From NCBI GenBank assembly GCA_012295275.1, contig CM022671.1, positions 3,906,001-3,970,000 of the forward strand: a stretch of DNA of 64,000 nucleotides. Direction: 5' to 3'. The DNA comes from Chrysomallon squamiferum (lineage: Eukaryota > Animalia > Mollusca). Both the position numbers and the translations under genes were made by a program. Every line of letters starts with the position of its first letter. Position 1 is the stretch's first letter. Below, one piece after another: positions 1 through 15,198 of this stretch. The notes below the pieces were generated by a model. It did not search any database. It was not told the origin of the DNA and worked only from the letters and a program-made list of their open reading frames with translations.

Positions 1-888
1 TGTAATCCTACCCTTCAAAGACGAACGTTCTCGCGTTTGTCTAATCTACGAATTATGCCAAGTAGAATAGCCTCCCCTTGCAGTGACGAGGCTTATCACG
101 TGACCTGTGGGTCAGCGGTCACCTGACCTACGCCATTTGTCTTGTACGATGAGAGACTGCGCGAGACACACGACAGGCTCGTGCACGTGCTGTGTGTCAA
201 AGGTCAGCTGGCCACCTTGACCAGTCGAACAATGGGCACCGATGTCCGTTTCTGGACAGATACAGATATTAACACAGGAAACAGAAAAACAGATGGAGAG
301 GGTTTTCGACATTTGTGATGGCTATTAAAAAAAGAAATAACTTCTTGACAAATGGTTAAAAAGTATAATTGCTAATTTAACCATAGCAACCCCTCAGCGG
401 AGAGTTGTAAACGAAAGACAGGTGGGGGTGTGTCCAAAAAAACACCCCCAAAACACAAAACTCCCACCACTAACGATGTTATCAAACAATAATTCTGGGA
501 CAATAAAGCTTTTCAATTTTCCTTTATGGCCAAAGAATGTTGACTGTTTTATTGCAGTTTTTTTAATGTCCCCAGCGTTGTTCGTATTGTTTCTGCTTAA
601 CAGTAAAACCTATAATTTTATCGCTTTTTTTTTTAACAGTAAATCTGAATTTACAAATTACAAGGTAATTAAAGTCAGTGAGTAAAGGAAAGTTTGTTTA
701 ACGTCACCTTAGAGTGCCATCTTAATAACAATAAAATGTCAAATATATTTATTTGTTTGTTAGTTTATTTATTTATTTTAAATAAATGACATTTTCAGAT
801 TTGCGGACATCTTAAAAAATAATAATAAAGAAAAAAGATTACGACATACTGATCTTGATTACGTATAACACACAGCAGATTAATTCAT

Positions 889-928
<40 letters not shown>

Positions 929-1289
929 ATGTAGGTTTATGAATTACCAGTAATGTTTACACGATTAAATGACATTATAACATGCACTTAAAATAAATAA
1001 ATAAATAAATAAATAAATAACAAACAAACAAACAAACAAAAAAAAAAACAAAAATGAATGAATAAATAAATAAAAATAATAAAATAAGAATTATGAAAGC
1101 ATTAATCATGCCTGTGTAAAAATGACAATGAATCCAGCGAGTTTGTAAAATTTAAATGATGTAACATGCACGTGATACATTTATTTATTTATTTATTTAT
1201 TTATTGTTGTTGCTATTATTATTATTATTATTATAATCATCGTCTCCTTTTTTTCATTCTTTAATTTTTTAATTATATTTTAATTTTAA

Positions 1290-1650
1290 ATGAACACAGA
1301 CTATGACATAACATCGAACGTGTTTGTATAAAATTAAGCGTAAATTTTAGTGAATAATATGCAAAACCAGTTTAATGAAGGGGGATTAGTTTTCATCAAA
1401 CATGTATTACAAAATCAAGAGATATTTCTAACATGTATAACATCCACCAAAATTAATCCCGCAGTTTTTTTCTAAAGAGAGGAGATCAGCTTTCATCAAA
1501 CGTGTTTTCCAAAATTAAGTGGTGTTTCTAACATGTATAGTATTCACCAGACTTAATCCCCCAACATTTTTTTTAATGAACGAAGGCTTAGCACTGATGT
1601 AGTGTGTGCAAAAAAATCAAGCGGTATTTTTTAATATTAAACAAAACGTT
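1290..1650. repeat. Diverged ~100-bp tandem repeat, 2 clear + ~2 decayed copies
   Basis: tttcatcaaa at 1391 and 1491; tttctaacatgtata at 1425 and 1525; ttaatccc at 1453 and 1553. Confidence 0.8.
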
Positions 1651-2632
1651 CCAGTGAAAAAAAAATCACAGCCCGTCATGATTTTAAATTGTCTGCAACG
1701 CCAAGTGGACAAAAACTTGGGAGTTCGCTAAGCAATAAATTAATCGTTGATTAACTGTCATCACATCCACACGATTACGAGGCTTATGGAGTTTAAGAAC
1801 AATTATTCTTATCATTTTTATCTTCTAATTTCCTCAGACCCTTTCAGTCGCGGACTATCACCGCTCAATGAAGCAGAGAGCCAGAAGCGAAGAATCTTTA
1901 AACAGCGTTAAAACAAGCATGTCCGTGTTTGCAAAACAACAGATCGTCTTGAAGAAAAGAGAGAGAAAAAAAAAAAAAAAAAAAAAAACTCTTGTCAAGA
2001 TCTCATCTTCCGATTAAAACCCCTTCATGCGTGCAAAATCGCGGATAATGCAACGTTCAGATGAGAAGAAGTTAAAAAGAAAGAAAAAAAAAAAAAAAAG
2101 GGACAGAAATTAAACACGGTTAAAGAAACAGAGAACAAAAATCAGAGGAACTTTCTAAAAAAAAAAAAAAAAAAATTAGAAACAAAATTTCACGTGTCGT
2201 CAAATCTGAATACCCTCGTGAAGTCTCGCGGGATTTCGTTGACCTGCGATATCGGGGTACAAGATGGCCTCCGCCGATGTTTTGCTGAGCGGTGGTTAAA
2301 CGTGTCAGCTAGCTGAACATTAAATAGCGATTACTGAGGCGGTCCAGTAAGCCATCTGTTCCCGCTGCAACACGAAGAAGCAAGAGCTCCTAAGCAGTCG
2401 ACATAAAATTGTTGTATAAACTACACGTAGTACGAAGCTCGCCATGAATCGCCTCTAATACCCGCAGATAATGAAGGGAGATAAGGCGAAGCGACTCGGG
2501 CAAAGCCGCAACGATTAATTATGCCTTTAATTCGCGTAACAGTCTTCCAAACGAGTTTGGCCGTTTCTTCGAAACCTTTTATCGCCAGTCACAATGAACC
2601 CTGCTCCCAGCCATAACATCACCCTGCTGGTG

Positions 2633-2666
<34 letters not shown>

Positions 2667-3015
2667 TAATTTATGTGGTGTGGTAGTTGACTCGATCTCT
2701 CTGACCAATGATCATCTTTTGATTGGCGATTCCAGACTCGCTTTTCCCGTGGTGTCGAAGACGTCTAAACACTGTGACAACTTAAATCGCGTAATGAAGT
2801 CGTGTTCTGAATAAGTAATAAACGACGTCGATGCATAGCACGAATATTTAACGTGTCTAATGGGGTAGGTTAGGGGAAATCAATAACAAATTAACCAAGC
2901 CGTTATTTTTACCGTTATGTTTTATTATTCCTGTTCTCTGATACTGTACGTGTGGGAATTGTGTGATACTCATTTACTGCTACACGTAGCATTACTATTA
3001 ACATTATTATCGCCA

Positions 3016-3046
<31 letters not shown>

Positions 3047-3740
3047 CATCATCATCATCATCATCATCATCATCTTTATCAAGTGTTGTCACCATTATTA
3101 TTATTTATCTTTATCATTAAATCATCATCAGCATCATTATTATTGTTTTTGTAAAATAAAAACTTTTATATTTTATGTGGTTATCATTAGCTCTTATGTG
3201 AACAAACGTTTTATTTACTTTTTTTTTTTTTGTTATATTTCTTTTCTTTCTTTCTTTCTTTCTTTCTTTCTTTATTTATTTATTTATTTATTTGCTTATT
3301 TATTTTATTTTATTTTATTTCATTTACTTTATTTTATTTTTTTTATAAATTATACATACTTATTTATAACGTTTTAAATATTTTATCTATTTCGTTTATT
3401 TTGTTTCACATTATAGTCTTTTATTATTTGTGTTTTTTTCAATTTCGTCATATTCTGTTTTACATTTCATGATGTGTCCTGAAATACGTAATTAAATGTA
3501 GCTTTTTTATTTTATTTTATTTTATTTTATTTTATTTTATTTTATATTATTTTATTTATCTCTTTAATTTATTATTATTATTATTATTATATTATTATTA
3601 TTATTATTCAAGATACAATAAATATATCAAAATATCTAATTTATTAAATCATATTTGTTATTTTATTTTATACGTAAAATATATATGCATTCGCAGATAT
3701 GTTTTTATGCATCAACATATTAGCTATTTATATATATATC

Positions 3741-3811
<71 letters not shown>

Positions 3812-5700
3812 GTCTGTCTGTCTGTCTATATTTACATATAATAAATACAGTATTACGACACAATAACATTTTATTCTTTTAACTATCAGATATCATAACT
3901 CAGCCAGCACACTTGACGTAATTATCGCAAATATTTGAGAAGTCTAAAGGGGCGTTCACACTTAACTCATTCAAAGTAATCATCGCCATTTTCAAAATAA
4001 ACCATTATATCATGTAGCGAGGAGTTCTATATACTCGTCTGCATTATAATTACTTTACCAGAAACATGGAGAAAAAAAAAAAAAAAAAAGAAAAAAGTAA
4101 AATCTTTATGTGTGTAAACTGTGAAAGTGGTTTCTGTAACGAGATGAACTCGAGGAAACCGAGAGGAACGCCTTGAATACCGAGAACAACGGCAAATTTA
4201 TAACTGAACTTCAGCCAAGCGTGACTTTATGATTCCATTGCAGATACTATCGCCACTTTTTATGAATCATTCCGCACTGACCAAAGGGAAACATTATCCA
4301 AAATGGCTGCCCCGTCGACCTTGACCTTTGCTATGTCGTCACAATGTCTACATACCATCTGCAGTCTGGATTTAAATTGGGAAGTTTCTTTTTTTTTGCT
4401 TCCCAGAGGGTAAATTAGTGCGACAGAGTCCATGAGCGGAACCAGAAGGGGGGGGTTCGAGGTTTCCCTCCTTCCCCTCTACTTTTAGTTTTCTTTACTG
4501 ATAATTAAACCAATTTTTTTTTTTTTTTTTTATAATATGGACCCGTCCCTGGAATGTATGAAGTATAAATAAAAAAAACGGTCGTGGGTGAGGGAACTGG
4601 TTCCACTGAAGCATACAGATCGTTTGTTTTCCTACTCAAGAATACATACAATTACATTTCTAGAAGAAACAGTACTAAGTACCAAACACGGTTGGAACTT
4701 TGGTTGGAACGGAATATTATAATGAAAAAAAAAAAAAAAAAAAAAAAAACAATAATAGTAATTGGAATAATCAAACACACCATTTCGCAGACTTTGACCG
4801 GGTTTCAGTATTAGCCTAAAGTCGTAAACTAATCACTGATTATTGAAACCCTAACATAATCCCGATGAAGATGTGATCTCATCAGATTATTAATTCTTTA
4901 AGATGTGTGAAATAACGCATAAATGTTGCGACTGATCAAAACACTGTAGAATGAAACAAAACATTAAATAACACCATCAGCTGAAAATATCTTATATTAT
5001 GAGATAACTGATATGGTAATAACTATGTAATTATTTGTATATTTCGTATACTTTGTAATAAAAAAAAAAAAAAAAAATTAATTATCAACTTCATCATTGT
5101 AATCAAACTATCCGTAATTTTGTCTCTCTTTCTTTCTGTCTGTAAGTTTTCATTTTCTTTCTTTCTATCTTTCTTTCTTTTTTTTGTTCTCTCTATTTCA
5201 ATTCATAAGACATTATAAATATAAAACAAGGCAAATTTGTTAAAAATAGATTCACGTTAAAAACTGTTTGAATGGAAATCTATTAATTCCTGTCGTTTGA
5301 GTATTATCAATATAAAACGTATCGAACCCAGTGTTGTGAATAAGTGATTTTAATGTGAGTTTAGGTGAATGTTTTGTCATCGTTTATAATTTTGAAAATA
5401 AAAATAAATTTTGTGCCCTTACGTGTAAGTTCTCTGAAAATCTGTCATCATTAGGAAAGGAAAAACAAAATCTCACATCAAGCATAAATATTTGAATATA
5501 ATAACGTAGATACATAACATTGATTAATGAAGAAAAACGTAGGAAATTAAAACTTTATAAAACTCTTTTTGTTAAAGAAATTAAAAAAAATAAATTAAAG
5601 AAAAAGGGAATTAAACATTTTAAAAAACAAGTTCCTTATCAGTTAAACAAAAGAAAAACGAAAGGAAGAGAAACAGAAAAAAGAAGGGGAAAAAAGACCA

Positions 5701-5975
5701 ATAATTGAAATTTTTTATATTCTGTATACTGAATGAAAGAAAGAAGAAGACAATTAACTGAAGAAAATAAATAACGAAAGAATGAACAATAAAAAAAACA
5801 ATAAAAGATCGATATAGATTGAAAATTAAAAAAAAAAAAAATAATAAAAAATAAAATAAAATAATTGAAACTTTTAAAATTCTGTACTGAACGAAAGAAA
5901 GAAAAAGACAATTAACTGAAGAAAATAAATAAATAAAGAAGGAATGAACGACAGAAAAAAGATCGAGAACAAAAT
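5701..5975. repeat. Local tandem duplication, period ~160 bp
   Basis: ataattgaaa at 5701 and 5861; agacaattaactgaagaaaataaataa, gaatgaac and aaaagatcga are each present twice. Confidence 0.75.
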
Positions 5976-6872
5976 GAAAAAATAAATAAATAAAATAAAA
6001 ATAATTAGATAGGAAAAAAAGAATGGATAGAAAGAAAGAAAGAAAGAAAGAAAAAAAAAAAAAAAAAAAAAAAAGAAAGCAGAGATAAAAGAAAAGGGGA
6101 CTGAAAGAAAATAATCGTAAAGAAAAAGAAAAAGTTAAAAAAGATAAAGAAGAGAAAAAAGAAGAGTCTGACACTGAATTGGAAGACTCTGGCCTCACAT
6201 GATGCGCCATTTCTTCGCGTCTATTTACACCGCATTCAATTTTTACACTCGAAGTTTTCAGTTTCAAAATGCTGCAATTTTATCCTTTGCCGACGCTCTT
6301 ACGTTATAACGAGGCTTTTCTGCGGTTTCGGTGTTGCCGACTTAACTCGGCTCTCCGGAAAAGTACGAGCGAGACCACCCATCGACAGGGCGGTAACTCA
6401 AAAAGCTCTTCTGTCGCGGAGGCGCCCTTGTTTTAATTTATTACAAAATTCGGTCTGTTGGCTTCATGGTTGTGAACAAAGTGGGGTTCGAAGATCAGTG
6501 GAAGTTTTTTTCAGAAGCTAGATAAACTACATAGATGTTTGGTTAAGCATAAACGCCGGTACATGCTATATTTCCTGTTCTGTCTTAGTGCGCAACACCG
6601 GTAGAATGTAAATTATGAAATGCTATTTGTGGAGGGAGGTCTAGGATTTTTTATTTTTTTTTTTTTTTTATTTAAAAAAAAAAAAAGAAAAAAAAGACGG
6701 TTGAGGAACAAACAAGAGACTTTGTAAAGATTCATAAACCAATAATTATTTTTTAAAAATGTAATTTAATGTATTTTTTATTTTGTTAATTAAATTTAAT
6801 TTTGTTTTTTATTTTTTTTTATTTACTTATTTATTTATTTTATTATATTTTGTTTTATTTTTTTTAATTTTT

Positions 6873-6908
<36 letters not shown>

Positions 6909-7139
6909 CAGAGAAAGAAACAAAGAAAGAAAAGGGAAGAGAGAGAAAAGTTACGAAACACAGTGAAAGGAAGGGAGAGAGAAAATGAAACAGAAAGAAC
7001 AATGTTTTAAAAAACAAAGATTACACTGGAATGACAGAAAGGAAGAGAGAGAAAAGCTATTAAAAGGTTTATTAATATCACAGATAAAAATAGACAATAA
7101 ATAAATAAATAAAATAAAATAAAATAAAGTAAAATAAAA

Positions 7140-7267
7140 TAAAATAAAGATGGATACTGTTATTTTAATAAATAAATAAAATAAAATAAAATAAAGATGG
7201 TTACTGTTATTTAAATAAATAAATAAACAAATGAGTAAAATAAAGATGGTTGCTATAATTTTAATAA

Positions 7268-7306
<39 letters not shown>

Positions 7307-7420
7307 ACAAATAAATAAAATAAAAATAAAATAAAATATATTAAAGTATGTTAACTATTATTTTAATAAATAAATAAAATAAAAAAATAAAATAAAATAA
7401 AATAAAGACGGTTACAACAA
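7140..7420. repeat. Degenerate ~45-50-bp minisatellite
   Basis: aaataaagatgg(a/t)tactgttatttt-like unit recurs ~5 times, separated by (AAAT)n/(AAAAT)n. Confidence 0.65.
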
Positions 7421-7734
7421 TTCTAACCGGTCACCCCGCCTATCGCTCTAACAGCTAAACTACACCCCTACTCCCTCCCTTTTCTGTTCCCCATCGAACC
7501 AGATGGTGCAACCCCTATGTGAGTTAAATACACGCCCAATGAACAAACACGTTCCTCACCGTTAGCGCCTTAATGTACTGTTCCGTTTGTTGTCTGAAGA
7601 CTTCATTTAAAATGATAATATTTTTATTATAGGGGACCAGCTCGTGACAAATAAACACACTCTGTGCGAATTCTGTCATCCGTGAGTCCCAATATTGGCT
7701 TAGATCAGCCGTGACTTGTAACACTTTATGTAGA

Positions 7735-7872
<138 letters not shown>

Positions 7873-8180
7873 GACATCACAGGCGTGGATGAGGAGGAAG
7901 AGGTTGATATGATTTGGATTCCCTGATCATTGAAAATAAATTAGACGTTTTAAAGTGCAATCTTTTATGAGATGTTATACGTAGTGATGATATTAATCAA
8001 AGACCAGGGTGCCTAGGTTTTCAAGGGACAGTTTGTTTGTTTTGTTTTTTTGTATTTTCCTTTTTTTTTTTTTTGTTTTGTTCTTTTTAACTTTTTGAAT
8101 TTTAAATATTTATTTATTTATTTATAATAATGATGATGATGATGATGATGATAATGATAATAATAATAATAATAATAATA

Positions 8181-8245
<65 letters not shown>

Positions 8246-8812
8246 TGTTATTATTGTAGTAGAAGTAATTTTAATTATTTATTTATTCCAAATTATATTA
8301 TTTTATATTATTTTATTTCATTTCTTTTTAGTTTATGTTTATTTATTATTATTTCTTCTTCTTCTTCTTCTTTTTTTTCTTTCTTTCTTTTTCTTTTTTC
8401 TTTTTTCTTTTTCTTTTACTTTTTTTTTTACTAAATTAATATATTTAATTTCTATACAGTTAAACTTTTGAAAAAATTATTTTTCAACTTTATTTCACAT
8501 GTACTTCATAAACATTTCTTTGTCGGGTAGTTAAAATAAGATCAAAGTCGCAGGGATGCAGTATGCTGGGGGGAGTTAAGATAACGAATGTCGATGATAA
8601 CTTGCCTGCGGTTTCATTTTTATCGTATATCTAAAGTTGTATTAAACATTACGTCACAAACAGCACATGTTGCGTCGCAAACTGACGGAAAGTCACGATT
8701 GGTTACGATTGTATATCCGGAATGTGAAGAATGTATTGTGAACTACTTATTAAAATTTATTTCTAATATATTTTTTCTAATTCTGTTTCTTCTTCTTCTT
8801 CTTCTTCTTCTT

Positions 8813-8843
<31 letters not shown>

Positions 8844-9187
8844 TTATTATTATTATTATTATTGTTATTATTATTATTATTTACTTTTATTTTACGGTCA
8901 TGATTCTCTCAAGCGAATCCTGATGACATTTGACCTAGAAATAAACTGCGACTACCTGGCATAGCACGTGCGGCTGCTGAAATATGACATCCGTGTCACC
9001 TGAGATTTACCTGACAGGTAGATAGCAATCAGCACTTTCAGATATTCAGACAGGTTATGCATATACAGATAGAGAAATGAAATTAATAAATAAATAAATA
9101 AATAAATAAATAAATATATTATGTTAACAAAGCAGCCTGTGATTAAAATTACAATTGCTTATGTACATACAAACAAACATATATGCA

Positions 9188-9219
<32 letters not shown>

Positions 9220-11246
9220 TGTGTGTGAATTTATTACGTATTTAAATAATTATTGGCTAATTTGTTTTTCCATATCCTAATTTGATATGATAATGTGATT
9301 ATATTATACTGTTTTATATTGCACTGCACTGCATTGCATTGTATTGCATTACATTTTATTGTAATATATGTTATATTATATTACGTAACAATACATTACA
9401 TTATATACTATATTGTATTGCTACATATTACAATGTACTATATTATACTGCTGTGTTTTATAGTATCAAATCATTTCATATTGTACAAACTATAATATGC
9501 TACGTTTTATTATCATTATTATTTTTAATTATTTATGTAGTCGTATCTATTATAAATTTAGCTATAAATATAGTTATAATAATCTTTTAAATATTCCAAA
9601 TTTTTATTAAATTAATACACGTGTGTGGTGTTTCTCTCTCTCTGTGTGTGTTTTTGAGTGTAACGAAAATAATTTCAATATAAAACTTTTTTTTTGGTTA
9701 AATGTATTCGACGAGTGTTCTCACACAAAGAAAGACAAACTTACGGACGAATTTTCTAAAGAGATACAGCAAAAGAAATACTTTTGATATATGTGAGTGA
9801 CTGTAATAGTGACTGAGTTTGTGCGTGCACTTTTTATTTCATTACAAATTATAAAACATTACTAATTGCTTCAAGATAATAATAGTATCAACAAGAAAAT
9901 TGCAAGAAGCAGAAGAAGAAAGATGAGAATAATTATGATGATTATGACGATTTTACAGTAGTAGTAGTAATAGTAGTAAAAGTGGTAGTAGTAGCAGTAA
10001 TATTAGTATTAGTATTATTGTTAGTAGTAACAGTAGTAGTAGTGGTAGTAATAGTACTAGAAATAGTAATAGCAATAATAGTAATAGAAGTAGTAATAGT
10101 AATAGTAGTAATAACAGTAGTAGAAGTAGTAGTAGTAGTAGTAGTAATAATAAAAGAAGAAGAACAACAAAAACAACAATGATAATAACAACAACAGTAA
10201 TAATAACAATAATAATAACAATAATAATAACAATAATAAATCATGACAATGATTAAGTTGATAATGATGATGGTAATAGTAATAAAACTGTTTTCAGAAA
10301 TAACACGTGTCACGCTGGTATCTCTCTCAGTCGTGTTTCATTCAGTAGATACATTGTCAGAATCAGAGATAAATCACACATGCGTAGATACATTCTGTTA
10401 TATCAACGTAATCTCTCTGACCGCGAGAATATCGCCAAATCACGTTCAGCTTTAGCGCCAAATCCTTTTGACTTCTGTGGTTTTCTGAATTACAGAGTTC
10501 GTTTTGTCACAATGAAAACAGAGTTATCCGTATAATGATATTTCCAGCTGGTCTTTTTTTTTTTTTTTTTTTTTTTCTTTTCTTCCCCTTTCTTTTTTTT
10601 ATCAGTGCTCCATGACACGTTCGGATGTTTTGTTTTTATAATTCGATTCTTTTCTCCTTTTTTTTTTTTTTTTTTTTTACTCTGGTTTCGAAGATACGGT
10701 TTATGTTTTGTGTTTTTATATAATGATACGGAGTACATGTCAAATACTTTTCATTATGGCACATTTCATGGCTTTTTATTACCACAGAAACAAACTCGGC
10801 AGGTGGTCATTTTAGACAATAACGAGATAGGTGATATAGGTGTGTAAGTTTTAGAGTTTTTAAAAGAAATTACTCTACTGTATGCTAATGGTCCAGCAAA
10901 TCTTTAGAACGCGAGGGTTTCAGTGTTTTAAGCAGAAAATCAATACCCACGCGTGAGGACATTTGTGTGTGTGTGTGGATGAATCTGGTTTTGTGTGCAA
11001 ACGAGATTTCTGTAAATTTATATTTGTTTGAACTTTTGTTTATCTGTGTTCTTCATAACGTCTGTTCATATACTGTCTTTTTGTGTGTCTCTCGCTTTTT
11101 GTGTGATTGTGTGTCTCTCGCATTGTCTCCATATTTGTTCTAATCTGTAAGCGTGAAATTCTTAGAGTGTTTTTGTCACTGGTAGACGATTAGTAGAATA
11201 TACCAGTAGGTTTTTTATTACTTTCATTATAATTATTATTATTACT

Positions 11247-11288
<42 letters not shown>

Positions 11289-11527
11289 GCTGATGTTGTT
11301 GTTGTTCTTTTTATACATAAATACTAAAAAATTAAGGTTTTATGGGTTTGACGTTTAAAATAAAAAGAAAAGTAGTTTGAAGTGAAGAAGAAATATTAAA
11401 AAATAATGTTTTATAAACAAGGAATAAAATAAATAATATAAGATAGGTAAATAAATAGAGATAGATAAATAAATAAATAAACTGGCAGACAGAAAAACAA
11501 AAAACAACAAACAAACAAATGAATGAA

Positions 11528-11566
<39 letters not shown>

Positions 11567-14101
11567 ATTAAAAAAAAAAAAAATTTCATTATATGTTTTG
11601 ACATTTACATTTATTTTAATTGAAGTGCATAAATGTAAACTAGTGTAAAAAAAAAAAAGTTTAAAAACAAACTAGAGCAGAACACTCCTCGAGGGTTTAG
11701 TTGCTGTTAAAACTTTTTTTTTTTTTTTTTTTCTTTTATTTCCTTCTTCATTTTATTTTCATATATTCCTAGGGGCAGTTCAAAATACGTATTACCGTGG
11801 GGATGGGGATGTTAGGGTGTTACGTAGAAAAGAAATATACATACACACATATATATATATATATGTATATATATGTGCGAGAGACAGATTCAATTTGTAA
11901 GTCGTATTGCAGAATTTAGTAATGTTAGAATGTTAGGATTAAAAACTGAAAACAAATCAGATTTATTTTACAAATTTAAATAAGCAGTTTGTGTTATTTG
12001 CTTTGTGTATGAATTACTGGTGGATTAAAATTTATTTAATGAAGGTTGTTCTTAATAATATAAGATTTACTTTGGTTGTGGTTAACAATTATTATCAAAT
12101 GAACTTGAGATGGTTATTTTAAAAAATTTTCTCCTGTTGTCTAAAAATGTTCTTTGTTTCTTTCCTTCTTTTTTATTTCTTTTTTATTTCTTTGTTTCTT
12201 TTTTTTTTTTTTATTTGCTTGCTTGTTTTTTTTTTTATTCTTTTTATTATCAAGAAATATTGTTACTTCTTGTATCATTTATTTTATATCATCATCATCA
12301 TCATCTTTTTTCTTCTTTTATTATTATGACTTTATTTGCTTTATGTAATAAATTATAGCTATTATCTGTAAAATAATTTTTTACATTTCACACACCATGA
12401 ACAAAATATATTATTATTTAAACCAAAAATGTCATTTGTTTGTGTTTAATACGAACATTTTATAAAAGTGTATACGTTCTTGCTTACAAACGTGTTGTGA
12501 AAATAGATGTGTTTGTACATATCAGGAAAACATCTTATTTATTTACATTTTTTTTTTTCCACTATTCATTCATCTATCAGTTTCTGCTGAACATATTACC
12601 CTCCTTTACAACATATATCCATCTCACTCTCTCTCTCTTTTTTTTTTTATCTTCTTTATGACACTTTCGGAAAACTTTGATAATTATCATTATCATTTTC
12701 TCGTCGTTTGTTTTTAGTTATTACTCTAACTTAAGATCGAGAAAGAGAGAAAGAGAAAGAAAAAAAAAAAAAAAAAGTTAACGGGACTTTTTTTTTTTTT
12801 TTTTTTTTTTCCTTCTTGTGAACCATTACGTTCAGTATTTCTCTATTTTCGCTTATTCTGATCTCGAATCAAGATACCGATCATCAATCTCCGATTGTTC
12901 GGAAACTGACATCACAGAGAAATCGAATCGGCCTCGCGGGAACGGCCGAGAAATTGACATGGATGTTTCGAATCTGATCGAGAAGAGATAACGGGACGTT
13001 CAATTTTGTTTTCGTCAAAATCGCCATTTCAAAAATCTGCCGTTTAAAACGCAGCGCTCGAGAAAGGGACTTGGAATCTGACCCAGGCTGCCAGTTCTCG
13101 CTGCAAATCCGTCGGAGAAAACCTATCACTCCTCGAATAAAGAAATAACGGTATGAAAGCGACTGGTTTTTCTTCCCCCTTGGGAATCCTGCGTTGTTTT
13201 ATCGTCCATTTGAATTGCGTAGATAAAGCGAAACCAATATTCGGAAGGGGAAAGAGTGGTCTCCCTTGGGGCCTGTTTGATTCGTACCAGTTTTACTAGG
13301 GGGACAACGTGTCGGCTAGTCGGGTGATAAGATTCCCTAAATATTGTCAAACTAATTCCGAAATGAGTAATCTTCAACATATATCTTGTAATTAAATAAT
13401 TCTATGATTCACAAATTTTGGGGGAAATCGTCCATGGTTGTTCGTGACAAACATGTTTATGCGTGTTTTCTGTTTTGTTTTGTTGTTGTTGTTGTTGTTG
13501 TGTCTGTTGTTTGCGTGTTTTTTTGTAGAGATGGGGGTGTATATTTTTTGCTTGGTGTTTTTTCAAAACGCGTATGAATCTGTATGTATATGTGTGTGTG
13601 TGTGTGTGTGTGCGTGTGAATGCGCGTGTATTTTTGTTCTTATATGCATTCTTTATTATTATTATTGTTATTATGATTATTATTATTATTATTATTATTA
13701 TTACATGCTACTATTACCACTACTACAACTACCATAATTATCATAAAGAGATTATTTTATTTCATGATTTTAAACTAACAAAAAATTATGTTTGCTGAAC
13801 AATATTATTTTACTCATGTGTTTATAAAATATTTAAGATCTGTTTATTGATATTTCAGTTAATTGTGGAGACCAAACATTTGTCAATAATTACAACATAA
13901 AATATTAAATATGTCACGTCCCTAATTAATAAACAAACAAAATTTTTTTATAAAAAAAATAATAAAAAAAAACAAATTAATTAATTAATAAACAAATAAA
14001 TAAATAAATAAATAAATAAACAAATAAATATATAAACAAATAAATAAACAAACAAATAAATAAACAAACAAACAAACAAACAAACAAACAAACAAACAAA
14101 C

Positions 14102-14132
<31 letters not shown>

Positions 14133-14434
14133 GTTTATAATGATGAGTTTGATTTGGATGATAATTGTTTTCTTCTTTTTTCTTCCTTCAGTATTCCAGT
14201 TAAATATAGATTAATATTTACAGAACAAATATAATACTGAAAATAATAAAACATAATAAAATATAATATAATATAATAATATAATATAATATAACATAAC
14301 ATAATATAATATAATATAATATAATATAATATAATATAATATAATATGATGTAATGTAATATAACAAGATTAATAAATAATTAAAGGAAATTAGTATTAA
14401 AAATAATATAAAATTTATAATAATAATAATATAA

Positions 14435-14500
<66 letters not shown>

Positions 14501-15167
14501 ATCATTTAAAACTAAATAAAACAAAAACAAATAAAATAAAATTATATAAAATAAAATAAACATAAAATAACAAAACAAGTAAATAAATTAAAAATAATAA
14601 TGATAAAGACGATGATGACAACATTAATATATATTACGATGCTGTATAATAATAATAACAACAACAACAACAGACTAACAATAAATAAATAAATAAATAA
14701 ATTACATACACACGCACACAGAGACACACTTTTTATTATTAATATTTTAAACCACATACATATGTCTTATTTAATTTACTCCACCAAATTTGAATAATAA
14801 CTGGAACAAAAACACAAGTTGTGTCTAAGGATGACTCAACAATTTTCACACAAAGCTATTTTCTCCGTAGAAAAACGAGATAAACGCTAATCAGGAAATT
14901 ACATCTATAACTGTTCTTAAAGGGCCAGTAGCTACGCAAATAAACACGATGTAACTGTATAACACATTCTTTACGTGTTTGTTGTGTAACACACGTAACT
15001 GAACTGTAGCGTATCATACGTTTAAATATTATGTCCTGTTATTTTTTATTTTTTATTTTTTTTTATTACTAAAATTAAAATTAAAATCAAAATTAAAATT
15101 AAAATTATTATTATTAAAATTATTATTATTATTATTATTATTGTTGTTGTTATTATTATCATTGTTA

Positions 15168-15198
<31 letters not shown>

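Noticed and set aside
11770-11830. taggggcagttcaaaatacgtattac...gttacgta as a MITE terminus; likewise ttaaaggg ends at ~14917 and ~35495
   Set aside because: Only a vague resemblance to DNA-transposon termini; no matching second end or TSD identified.
12884-13380. Adjacent minus-strand ORFs (81 and 84 aa) and similar ORFs in other islands (25715, 38568, 46271, 62127, 63041)
   Set aside because: Short, mostly non-ATG starts, no recognisable homology or exon chain; better explained as regulatory islands with higher GC.
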